Made by a program: the position numbers and the translations under genes. 64,000 bases of DNA from Candidatus Omnitrophota bacterium (GTDB lineage: Bacteria > Omnitrophota > Gorgyraeia > Gygaellales > Profunditerraquicolaceae). Within the stretch, counting starts at the first letter, position 1, and each line of letters begins with the position of its first letter. A model generated the notes under the pieces. It saw nothing but the letters and a program-made list of their open reading frames with translations, was not told the origin of the DNA and did not search any database. Shown here in pieces: positions 46,177 through 54,094 of the stretch. Where the stretch lies: NCBI GenBank assembly GCA_041309005.1, contig JBFZAN010000053.1, forward strand, positions 34,252 to 98,251, in the 5' to 3' direction.

Positions 46177-47544
46177 ATGACCTATCTTGAAGCCATCCAG
46201 TACCTGGACTCTTTTATTAATTACGAAAAAACCCCCCTCGCTTCTTACAAGGAGTCTTGCAAGTTAGAAAGAATAAAGGGATTCCTTGCGGCCTTACGCA
46301 ATCCTCAAGAGCGCTTCCAGAGCCTTCACGTCGCAGGCACAAAAGGAAAAGGCTCCGTATGCGCATTCCTGTCGTATATCCTGAAAGAAGCCGGCTACAA
46401 GGTAGGGTTGTTCACGTCCCCGCATTTATCAAGCGTACGGGAAAGGATCAGGGTCATGCGCGGGCGGACGCAGCCCGGCGGTATAGTCGCCGATGTATTC
46501 GAAGGCATGATAACCGAAAGAGCCCTCGCCGACCTGGTAGAAAGATTAAAGCCGGGAATAGAACAATATAATCGGCGTTCGCGCCATGGGCCGCTGTCAT
46601 TCTTTGAAGTATACACTGCCTTGGCGTTTGAGTATTTCAAGGAGCAGAAAGTTGATTACGCGGTATTAGAAACCGGCCTGGGCGGCCGCCTGGACGCGAC
46701 TAACGTAGTGCAGGCTTTGGTGTGCGGGATCACCCCGGTAAGTTACGACCATACCCGGACGCTGGGCGTGACCCTGACCGAGATCGCCGGGGAAAAGGCG
46801 GGGATTATCAAGGGGCGCCGTCCGCTGGTGGTAAGCGCCGCGCAGGTAAAAGAAGTTGCGGCGGCTATCAGGGGCAGGTGCCGGCAGGTACACGCGCGGC
46901 TGTACGAACTAGGTAAAGAAGTGGTGTGCACGCCCAGACCTGCAGGACGCGACGGGCAGGCCTTTGATATTGACGGGGAGTTCGGCGGGATCAGCGACCT
47001 TAAGATCCGTTTATTGGGAAGCCACCAGCTGGTTAATGCCGCCGAGGCCGTAGCCATGGCACAGGTATTACGCGCGTTCTTTCGCAGCGCTATCAGTTCC
47101 GAAGACATGCGCCGCGGGCTCTATGCCACAGTGTGGCCGGGAAGATTCGAGATTGTGAATACACCTGCTGCAACGGTGGTATTGGACGGAGCGCATAACC
47201 CCGCTTCCGCTCACGCGCTCAAGGAGGCCCTCAGGAGCCGCTTTCCAGGCAATACGGTAGTACTCGTGCTAGGCGTATCCAGCGATAAGGATATCAGGGG
47301 TATTTGTAAAGAGCTCTCGCCCCTTACGGACACGGTGATCTTGACCAGGGCGAATAATCCACGCGCGGCCACGCCGCAGGGCATTCTATGCGAAATGAAG
47401 CGAATGGCGCCGCGCCATAACGTCAGTCTAACAGGGTGCGTCAAAGATGCTTTGGCGCAGGCAAGAGAAAAAGCTGGAGAAAAAGGCATAATCGTTATTT
47501 GCGGTTCGTTGTTTGTGGTAGGGGAGGCGAGGGAATTACTATAG
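46177..47544 (+). CDS. folC: folylpolyglutamate synthase / dihydrofolate synthase
   Basis: HVAGTKGKGS P-loop, ...LETGLGGRLDATN..., Mur-ligase C-domain; 455 aa. Confidence 0.85.
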   Translation: MTYLEAIQYLDSFINYEKTPLASYKESCKLERIKGFLAALRNPQERFQSLHVAGTKGKGSVCAFLSYILKEAGYKVGLFTSPHLSSVRERIRVMRGRTQPGGIVADVFEGMITERALADLVERLKPGIEQYNRRSRHGPLSFFEVYTALAFEYFKEQKVDYAVLETGLGGRLDATNVVQALVCGITPVSYDHTRTLGVTLTEIAGEKAGIIKGRRPLVVSAAQVKEVAAAIRGRCRQVHARLYELGKEVVCTPRPAGRDGQAFDIDGEFGGISDLKIRLLGSHQLVNAAEAVAMAQVLRAFFRSAISSEDMRRGLYATVWPGRFEIVNTPAATVVLDGAHNPASAHALKEALRSRFPGNTVVLVLGVSSDKDIRGICKELSPLTDTVILTRANNPRAATPQGILCEMKRMAPRHNVSLTGCVKDALAQAREKAGEKGIIVICGSLFVVGEARELL

Positions 47545-47573
47545 CCTCGGTTTCAAGTTCTGCACGATCCCAG

Positions 47574-47613
47574 GATAGGCCGGGTAAGGGCATGTTGCCC
47601 GGCCTATTTATTT
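47574..47613 (+). terminator. rho-independent terminator after folC (10-bp stem ATAGGCCGGG/CCCGGCCTAT then TTTATTTT)
   Basis: Perfect 10-bp inverted repeat 47574-47606 with 13-nt loop, followed by a T-rich tract. Confidence 0.6.
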
Positions 47614-47687
47614 TGAGCCTTCCTCTTTAACTCCTTAATCCAAAGAAGCTTAAAATTCTTTATACAGCAAAGATTTTGATAAAATAC

Positions 47688-47715
47688 TTGACTTTTTTTA
47701 AAAATATACTAAAAT
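47688..47715 (+). promoter_or_regulatory. sigma70-like promoter of pilus locus (-35 TTGACT, 16-nt spacer, -10 TAAAAT)
   Basis: TTGACT 47688-47693, TAAAAT 47710-47715, AGGAGA RBS 7 nt before ATG 47753. Same architecture as the promoter at 62209. Confidence 0.5.
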
Positions 47716-47752
47716 ATGACAAATAGTATTAAACTATATCAGGAGATTTTAG

Positions 47753-48406
47753 ATGGGCATTTTCCGGGCAGCGGAAGTGGCTGGCAAATTGAGGATTTCT
47801 AAGCAAACGCTTTTTCGTTACGAAAAAAAAGGCATTTTTCCTAAACCGAGAAGGAACAGGATCAACCGTTGGCGCGAATATAACGAGGAAGAAATACAAA
47901 AAATGAAACAGATCATGGGCAGGGGTTTTACACTGCTTGAATTGATCATAGTAGTGGTGATAATGGGGATCCTGGCTGCCTTGGCCATCCCGCGCTTTGA
48001 AAGTTTCTATACCGTAAAATTGAAGGGAGCGGTGAACAATGTGGTTTCCGACATCCGCTACGTGCAGCAACTGGCGGCCTCCAGCCATGATACCTACAAG
48101 ATGACTTTTTACGTAACTCCCGCCAACAGGTACGAAGTCCAGAAATCAGACAATAGCTACGCGAAGAACCCTTTTGGCCACGGGGATTTTATAATCAATT
48201 TCACAAATGATCCCCAGTATAAAGGGATCGGTATCGATAGCGCGAATATTAACGGAATGAATATCCTGAGCTTCGATTGGAACGGCACGCCCCGGGATGC
48301 AAACGGGAACACCTTGACAGCCGAGGGGCAGGTAAATCTTTCTTATCAAAATGATTCTTTTTCCGTGAGGGTTACGCCTAATACCGGCTGGGTGAGGGTG
48401 CAGTGA
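47753..48406 (+). CDS. type IV pilin/pseudopilin with in-frame N-terminal MerR-like HTH extension (HTH–prepilin fusion ORF)
   Basis: Residues ~8-50 AEVAGKLRISKQTLFRYEKKGIFPKPRRNRINRWREYNEEEI resemble the MerR/excisionase-type HTH. These are followed in the same frame, with no stop, by a textbook class-III signal MKQIMGRG|FTLLELIIVVVIMGILAALAIP (Gly-1, Phe+1, Glu+5) and a pilin-like beta-rich C-terminus. The reading frame was verified codon by codon. Confidence 0.65.
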   Translation: MGIFRAAEVAGKLRISKQTLFRYEKKGIFPKPRRNRINRWREYNEEEIQKMKQIMGRGFTLLELIIVVVIMGILAALAIPRFESFYTVKLKGAVNNVVSDIRYVQQLAASSHDTYKMTFYVTPANRYEVQKSDNSYAKNPFGHGDFIINFTNDPQYKGIGIDSANINGMNILSFDWNGTPRDANGNTLTAEGQVNLSYQNDSFSVRVTPNTGWVRVQ

Positions 48407-48924
48407 AGAATAAAGGCATCAGCCTGATCGAAATGATCATCACGATCGTCATTCTGGGATTGACGATACCCGTTCTTTTGAATATGTGGTCGGACGTAGC
48501 GTTACGATCAGCCCGTTCGGAAGCGCTGGCAGACGCTCTTTTTTACGGACAGCAATTGATGGAGGAGATACAATCAAAGAAATTCGACCAGCATACCGCC
48601 GCGCCCTGGAGCGATACGCTCGGGCCGGATAACGCGGAGACCAGACTAGGCACAGGGAATGCGGGTTTTAATGACGTTGATGATTACAACGGATATTCCG
48701 ACAGTCCCGCGCCAGGCTACAGCCGCTGCGTGACCGTCGATTATGTCGCGCTCAGCGGTACCGCGTGGAACGGAACATGTTCGCCGAATACTCCGTCAGG
48801 CTGCACCCCTGCGTCGTGCACGGCAGGCAATGTGACCGATTACAAACGTATTACAGTCAGGGTGGATCGTAATGACTCCCTGGTAAAAGATATAGTTCTG
48901 GCGCTGGTGGTAAATCCATTTTAG
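48403..48924 (+). CDS. prepilin-type N-terminal cleavage/methylation domain protein (minor pilin/pseudopilin)
   Basis: MKNKG|ISLIEMIITIVILGLTIPVLL with Glu+5; Cys-rich C-terminal region; GTG start overlapping the upstream stop. Confidence 0.6.
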   Translation: MKNKGISLIEMIITIVILGLTIPVLLNMWSDVALRSARSEALADALFYGQQLMEEIQSKKFDQHTAAPWSDTLGPDNAETRLGTGNAGFNDVDDYNGYSDSPAPGYSRCVTVDYVALSGTAWNGTCSPNTPSGCTPASCTAGNVTDYKRITVRVDRNDSLVKDIVLALVVNPF

Positions 48925-48940
48925 AAGGAGGGCTGCGTCA

Positions 48941-49468
48941 TTGCAGGGAAAGCGCGCTCGCTTTAAAAAAGAAGGGGTAACCCTGATAGAGCTGGTGATA
49001 GTGATCGTTATCGTCGGCGTATTAACGGGGGTATCGGCCTTGTATGCCCGGGAGATCGTGGACCTGTGGCGTTTTATTAATTTTCGCAGCGAGATTGTTT
49101 CACAGGGCAGGGCCGCCCTGATGAGGATGGAGAGAGAGATCAGGCAGATCGCGGGTAAGGGGTCGGTATATGCGGCGGGCATTTCGCAATTGCGCTTCCA
49201 TGACATATACGGAAACGATATCCAGTATCAGTGGTTAAGCGACCCCGATCCTTCGATAAAGGGCGCTATCATGCGCAATAACGATATCCTGGTCAAGGGC
49301 GTCGAGAGCCTCGTGTTTAACTATTACGATCAAGATAATAATCCGATCGTTTCTCCTCCTGTCAGTCCGTCGGATACCACCATCAAAAGAATAAGCGTGA
49401 CATTCATAATGCTTGCAGGCGACCAGGAAAAAACGTTGAGCGCGCAGACCTTCCCCCGGAACCTTTGA
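48941..49468 (+). CDS. prepilin-type N-terminal cleavage/methylation domain protein (minor pilin/pseudopilin)
   Basis: ...KKEG|VTLIELVIVIVIVGVLTGV with Glu+5; TTG start 10 nt after the AAGGAGG RBS. Confidence 0.55.
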   Translation: MQGKRARFKKEGVTLIELVIVIVIVGVLTGVSALYAREIVDLWRFINFRSEIVSQGRAALMRMEREIRQIAGKGSVYAAGISQLRFHDIYGNDIQYQWLSDPDPSIKGAIMRNNDILVKGVESLVFNYYDQDNNPIVSPPVSPSDTTIKRISVTFIMLAGDQEKTLSAQTFPRNL

Positions 49469-49504
49469 ACCGGGGCGTTACTTTGATAAAAAAAGGGGGC
49501 CACG

Positions 49505-49777
49505 ATGGCTAAAAAATTTATGTTTGCTTCACTCATCGCGGTATGCCTGTTGCTGGGGATGAGTATGACCCTGAGGGCGCAGAGGCCCCAGGAACAGCCG
49601 GCGGGTACGGATGTCGCAGCGCAGCTTGCCCAGATACGGGCGCAGCTTGAGCAGGTCTCAAATAATGCGGACGCCGCGAACAGGGAAATAGTAAAAAAGC
49701 TGAACGATGTCTTGAGCGATCACGACAAGATATTTAAAGAGCTTGACATTATCAAGGTGAGAGCCAGCCTGAGGTAA
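49505..49777 (+). CDS. small secreted coiled-coil protein
   Basis: Signal peptide FMFASLIAVCLLLGMSMTLRA then helical AAQLAQIRAQLEQV...; 90 aa, sits in the pilus operon. Confidence 0.4.
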   Translation: MAKKFMFASLIAVCLLLGMSMTLRAQRPQEQPAGTDVAAQLAQIRAQLEQVSNNADAANREIVKKLNDVLSDHDKIFKELDIIKVRASLR

Positions 49778-49778
49778 C

Positions 49779-51569
49779 ATGCGTGATGATAAAACGCCGG
49801 AGCGTAAGGCGGTAAGCCGCGGTTCCGGCCCGAATGCAAAAAGCGGCCTGTCACAGTTCCTTTCACTTCTGGGGAGGTTTTTTACCTCTTCGCAGGACGT
49901 GCTGGGGATAGATATCGGCTACAGCTACATGAAAATACTGCAATTGCAGAAGACGGCCAAGGGCTACGTGATCGCGCATTGCATTACGCGCGCCATACCC
50001 CAGAACGTAAAAGAGGACCCCGCAGGGCGCAGGAAATTCATCCAGGGCGCGGTGAAGCAGTTTATTTCCGATTCCAAGATAAAAACCAACCTCGCGCGCC
50101 TCGCTATCTCGGGGAAAGGGGTCTTTATTTTTTCGATAACCGCCCCCGCCGCTATCAGTAAAAAAGACTTAAGGGGGCTGGTGGGCATTGAGTTGAAAAA
50201 ACGCCTCCCCTTTCAATTAGAGATCAGCAATATGTCGTATGATTTTTTTACCACAGGCCAGCAACAGGACGAGAAGGGCGTAAGCCTTCAGGTGACCTGC
50301 GTCTCAGTGGACCGACTGACCATAGACGAACAAATCGGCCTTTTAAAGGACATGGATATAAGTCCGGTTGCCATCAACGCCGTTTCAGACGCGCTGGGCA
50401 ATCTCCTGCCTTATTGCCTGAACGCTCCCGGCGACAGGACCGTAACGCTTTTGGATATAGGCGCGAATACTTCCTTGCTGAATTTTTATAAAGGCAAAAA
50501 CCTGGTGTTTTCGCGCGAAATACCCGTTGGCGGAGAGCATATAACCCGCGCCATGGCCAAGCCCATCCCCGCTTCCTCAGGTACGGTCGAACTTGGCGTC
50601 GAGGATGCCGAGAAGATCAAGCGTAACGTCGGCATCCCCCTGGAAGACGAATCGCGGCAGGATTTCTTGACGGATTACGGCGTATTCCAGGGAGAACAGA
50701 TCTCGACCGCCTTAAGGCCGACGCTGGAGAGGTTGATCCTGGAGATCACCAGGACCGTAAGCTATTATACTAAAACGTTCAAGGCAGAAGATACGGAAGC
50801 ATTGTATATCACCGGCGGCAGCTCGCGCCTGCGGAATATCGATAAGTTCCTGTTATATAACCTCGAGAGGCTCACAAAAGTAGAACACCTTCCCGTATTG
50901 AGCGCGGTGAAGGGCTGGTCAGAGACCGGCGTCTTCAGGCAGGAGCTGGTCATGGAACAGGCTGCGCCTCATCTGGCGGTAGCCTTCGGCCTTTGCCTGG
51001 GAAGCGGAGGGAGAGTAAACCTTTTACCGGTGAAGGAAAAGGTAGAGCAAAAAACAGTTTTCCTGATGCTCCTTTTTAAGGTATTCTTCCCGGTGATCCT
51101 GGTGCTGGTGCTGTCGTGGTACGTCATAAGTATCGTGAACAACCATAAATATAGAAATTTAATCAGGAAGACGAACTCCGATATAAGCCGCCTGGAACCG
51201 ACTGCCTCAAAGGTGAAGGAGTATCTGAATATAAAGACAAAATTTGAAGAGAGAAAAGAGTCGCTGGAAAAAGCGGAAGGCAAACAGCCTCTCTGGTGGG
51301 GCATATTCAAGGAACTAAGCAATATAACACCCCCGGGCGTAGTGCTTACGCAGATAACCGCCGTAGCCGGGACCGAGCCGAAACAGCTGCGCCTGGCGGG
51401 CAGGATCGTCTCCCGGTATACGGTAGTGGATGTGGAGCTTTCGCAATACCTTATCGCGCTGGAAGAATCGCCTTATTTCAGGGATGTCGTATTGGTCTCC
51501 AGCGAAAAAGACCTGTATTCTCCGATGCCGGCTGCGAAATTCGAGATCACCTGCACGCTGGTGTATTGA
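49779..51569 (+). CDS. pilM: type IV pilus assembly protein PilM fused to PilN
   Basis: N-terminal actin-like ATPase fold (VLGIDIGYSYMKILQL..., ...TLLDIGANTS..., ...YITGGSSRL) = PilM; then a TM helix VFLMLLFKVFFPVILVLVLSWYVISIV and a periplasmic PilN-like domain, all in one 596-aa ORF. Confidence 0.75.
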   Translation: MRDDKTPERKAVSRGSGPNAKSGLSQFLSLLGRFFTSSQDVLGIDIGYSYMKILQLQKTAKGYVIAHCITRAIPQNVKEDPAGRRKFIQGAVKQFISDSKIKTNLARLAISGKGVFIFSITAPAAISKKDLRGLVGIELKKRLPFQLEISNMSYDFFTTGQQQDEKGVSLQVTCVSVDRLTIDEQIGLLKDMDISPVAINAVSDALGNLLPYCLNAPGDRTVTLLDIGANTSLLNFYKGKNLVFSREIPVGGEHITRAMAKPIPASSGTVELGVEDAEKIKRNVGIPLEDESRQDFLTDYGVFQGEQISTALRPTLERLILEITRTVSYYTKTFKAEDTEALYITGGSSRLRNIDKFLLYNLERLTKVEHLPVLSAVKGWSETGVFRQELVMEQAAPHLAVAFGLCLGSGGRVNLLPVKEKVEQKTVFLMLLFKVFFPVILVLVLSWYVISIVNNHKYRNLIRKTNSDISRLEPTASKVKEYLNIKTKFEERKESLEKAEGKQPLWWGIFKELSNITPPGVVLTQITAVAGTEPKQLRLAGRIVSRYTVVDVELSQYLIALEESPYFRDVVLVSSEKDLYSPMPAAKFEITCTLVY

Positions 51570-51577
51570 GGTGGGAA

Positions 51578-52198
51578 ATGATAACGCTTAAGAAAACAAG
51601 CAAATTTATGCAGGCCGGGCTCCTGTGCCTTGTCTTTTTTTTCGTTCTCGTCGCGCTGTATTTTGCCTGGGGGAGATCTCTTTTTAAGGCCGAGAAGAAG
51701 TTGAAAACGGAATTCAGCCTCAAGCAATCAGAGCTCAAAGAGCAGGAGGTGTTGATCAGGACCGTTCCTGACCCTAAGAAGGCCATCGAAGAGATCGAAA
51801 AAAAGGCGGATGAATTCAAAGATATCGAGGTCGGGAAACGGCAGGTCCCCCGGCTCATCCATCTGCTGGGCAGCGCGGCCGCGGAACACAACATAAATAT
51901 TGTTTCCATAAGGCCGCGGGAGGACATAAAAGTCGCGAATGAGAATCTTCCGTCGGGAGTGACCAAGGTGTATGTCGAGATGGTGCTTGGCTGTCCTTAC
52001 CAGGTGCTGGGCGGGTATTTAGCCGACCTGGGCAAGCTGCCGGTTACCTTTATCATTGAGTCGGTCTCCATAGCGCCCAGGGAAGAAACGGCAACGCCTG
52101 CTCCCGACGCGAAGAAGGCGGCAGTAAGCAAGGGAGAAAGGCCGCAAGAGCTCTTGATAACCCTGCTTTTAAGCACCTATATGATCTATGAAATATAA
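51578..52198 (+). CDS. pilO: type IV pilus assembly protein PilO-like
   Basis: Single N-terminal TM LLCLVFFFVLVALYFAW, coiled coil, periplasmic domain; operon position after PilMN. Start at ATG 51578 after the GAGGTGGG RBS. Confidence 0.55.
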   Translation: MITLKKTSKFMQAGLLCLVFFFVLVALYFAWGRSLFKAEKKLKTEFSLKQSELKEQEVLIRTVPDPKKAIEEIEKKADEFKDIEVGKRQVPRLIHLLGSAAAEHNINIVSIRPREDIKVANENLPSGVTKVYVEMVLGCPYQVLGGYLADLGKLPVTFIIESVSIAPREETATPAPDAKKAAVSKGERPQELLITLLLSTYMIYEI

Positions 52199-52215
52199 GG
52201 TACGGCCGTACGCAT

Positions 52216-52665
52216 ATGGATAAACAGCAAAAACAACTTATTATAATCGGGGTCCTGGTGGTAGTGTTGGCGCTGGCGCTCGTGAGTAATTTAAAAAAGA
52301 AGCCCAAGAAAAAAGCAGCCCCCTTGCCCAAGCCGGATGCGGCGTCTTTGGCCAAATCCGCGCCTGTGGTCAGCGCCGCGCCTGCCGCGGATGCGGGCGT
52401 GCTGGGCGAGCAGATCGAGCGCACGAAGCTTACATGGGGACGAGATCCCTTTTCCGTTAATACGGACAAAACGTTCCAGTTAAGCGAGCTTAAGCTCCAG
52501 GGCATCTCCTTCGGCACAGATAAAAAAGGTTTCGCATTTATTAATGGCGAGATTGTGCAAAAGGGTGATAAAATAGGAGATTACGAGGTCATAGATATCG
52601 AAAAAGAAAGAGTGCTTCTCAAGAGAGGCAGCCAGGATTTTTACCTGGTTTTCCCTGGAGAATAG
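52216..52665 (+). CDS. pilP: PilP-like pilus assembly protein
   Basis: N-terminal TM, Pro/Ala-rich linker, C-terminal beta domain LKLQGISFGTDKKGFAFINGEIVQKGDKIGDYEVIDIEKERVLLKRG typical of PilP/GspC HR domains; immediately precedes the secretin. Confidence 0.5.
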   Translation: MDKQQKQLIIIGVLVVVLALALVSNLKKKPKKKAAPLPKPDAASLAKSAPVVSAAPAADAGVLGEQIERTKLTWGRDPFSVNTDKTFQLSELKLQGISFGTDKKGFAFINGEIVQKGDKIGDYEVIDIEKERVLLKRGSQDFYLVFPGE

Positions 52666-52693
52666 CGGGACAAATAGGCAAAGAGGTCGAAAA

Positions 52694-54094
52694 ATGAAGA
52701 GAAAATTGGCGTGTGTCTGTATTATGGCTTTGATGTGTCTTAGCGCCTGCGTTCATCCGCCCCTGTGCGCGCAGGAGAAGGAAAACCTGGTGATCGAATC
52801 CCTGGAGTTCAGGGAGGTCGATATCAAAGATGTCTTGCGGCAGCTCGCCAAGCAATACAACCTCAACATCGTATTTTCTGAGGCGGTGAAAGGGTTGGTC
52901 ACCGTGCAGCTTAACAACGTGAGCATCGAGCAAGCGCTGGATTCGATCATCACCGTGAACGGCTTCGCGTATACCAAGAAAGAGAACGTCTATAAAGTGA
53001 CCACGCAGGAAGAGGCGCATAAGCAAGGCAAACAGACAAAGCTCTTTAAATTAAATAACGCCGATTCGGCTAAACTGAAGACCACCTTAGAAAAGTCTTT
53101 GACCCCGGAAGGCTCTATTGAGGCGGACAGCCGTTCCAATTCCATAATCATCACGGATTCTCCCGCGGTCATAAGCAAGATAGAGGCGATGATCCCCGAT
53201 CTGGATGAACTTACGCCCCAGGTATTGATCGAGGCGCGCCTGATTGAGGCGTCGCTCAACGACAATGACAAGCTGGGCTTTGATTGGTCTACGACGGTCG
53301 CGGCGTCCGGCTCTTCGCGCCCCATCACGTTTCCTTTTAGCGGCAAGGGCAATTATAACCCCGGGACGTTTACTCCCCTGAACACGACAGCCGGTTTCAC
53401 GGGGCCGTACGCCTTTCCTTCCGCGGCCGCGGAAAATTTCACCTTTGGCACGCTTGATTTTACTTCCCTGAAGGCTGTGCTCGACATGTTAAAGACGCGC
53501 AAAAAGACCAAGCTCGTCGCCAATCCCAGGATAGTCACCCTTAATAACCAGAACGCCTCCATTAATGTCGGTAAAGTCCTGGCGTTGCCTACCTACGAGA
53601 GGAACGAAACAACCGGAAAGCTGGAGATCACCGGATGGACTAATTATAATGTAGGCGTCAATTTAAGCGTCACTCCGCAGGTAAGCCCCGACGGCCATAT
53701 CAAGCTGAAATTAAAGCCCGAGGTAAGCAGCCTCATCGGGTACGCTTCTCAAAGGGACGGCGTCAATGAGGGCCCTATCACTTCGTCCCGGACGGCGCAA
53801 ACCGAAGTGCAGATGAGAGACGGCCAAACGGTCGTGATCGGAGGGCTGGTCAAGGAAGAATCATTCACCATCACAAAGAAGATACCCGTGCTGGGGGATA
53901 TCCCCATCCTCGGGGCTTTGTTTACGCGAAAGGAAGTCGGCTCGACGGAGAACCCTACCGAAAAAACCGACTTGCTAATCTTTGTGACAGCCCGTATAAT
54001 TAAAGAAAGCGACGCGCCACTGCTCGCAAACGACAGCGCTCTGGTGACTTCCGGGAGGAGGCCGTTTAAACTGGACATGAGAAAGATCAAATGA
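52694..54094 (+). CDS. pilQ: type IV pilus secretin PilQ
   Basis: Signal peptide; N0/N1-type domains (VIESLEFREVDIKDVLRQLAKQYNLNIVF...); secretin core QTVVIGGLVKEE...KIPVLGDIPILGALFT. Confidence 0.85.
   Translation: MKRKLACVCIMALMCLSACVHPPLCAQEKENLVIESLEFREVDIKDVLRQLAKQYNLNIVFSEAVKGLVTVQLNNVSIEQALDSIITVNGFAYTKKENVYKVTTQEEAHKQGKQTKLFKLNNADSAKLKTTLEKSLTPEGSIEADSRSNSIIITDSPAVISKIEAMIPDLDELTPQVLIEARLIEASLNDNDKLGFDWSTTVAASGSSRPITFPFSGKGNYNPGTFTPLNTTAGFTGPYAFPSAAAENFTFGTLDFTSLKAVLDMLKTRKKTKLVANPRIVTLNNQNASINVGKVLALPTYERNETTGKLEITGWTNYNVGVNLSVTPQVSPDGHIKLKLKPEVSSLIGYASQRDGVNEGPITSSRTAQTEVQMRDGQTVVIGGLVKEESFTITKKIPVLGDIPILGALFTRKEVGSTENPTEKTDLLIFVTARIIKESDAPLLANDSALVTSGRRPFKLDMRKIK

Noticed and set aside
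47909-48406. Annotating the pilin as starting at the internal ATG (MKQIMGRG…) with the HTH as a separate upstream gene
   Set aside because: No stop codon separates the HTH from the pilin in this frame, so two independent proteins cannot be produced without an internal start. The internal start has only a weak, distant GAGGA, whereas ATG 47753 has a proper promoter and RBS. It is kept as an alternative in the finding, not as a separate feature.
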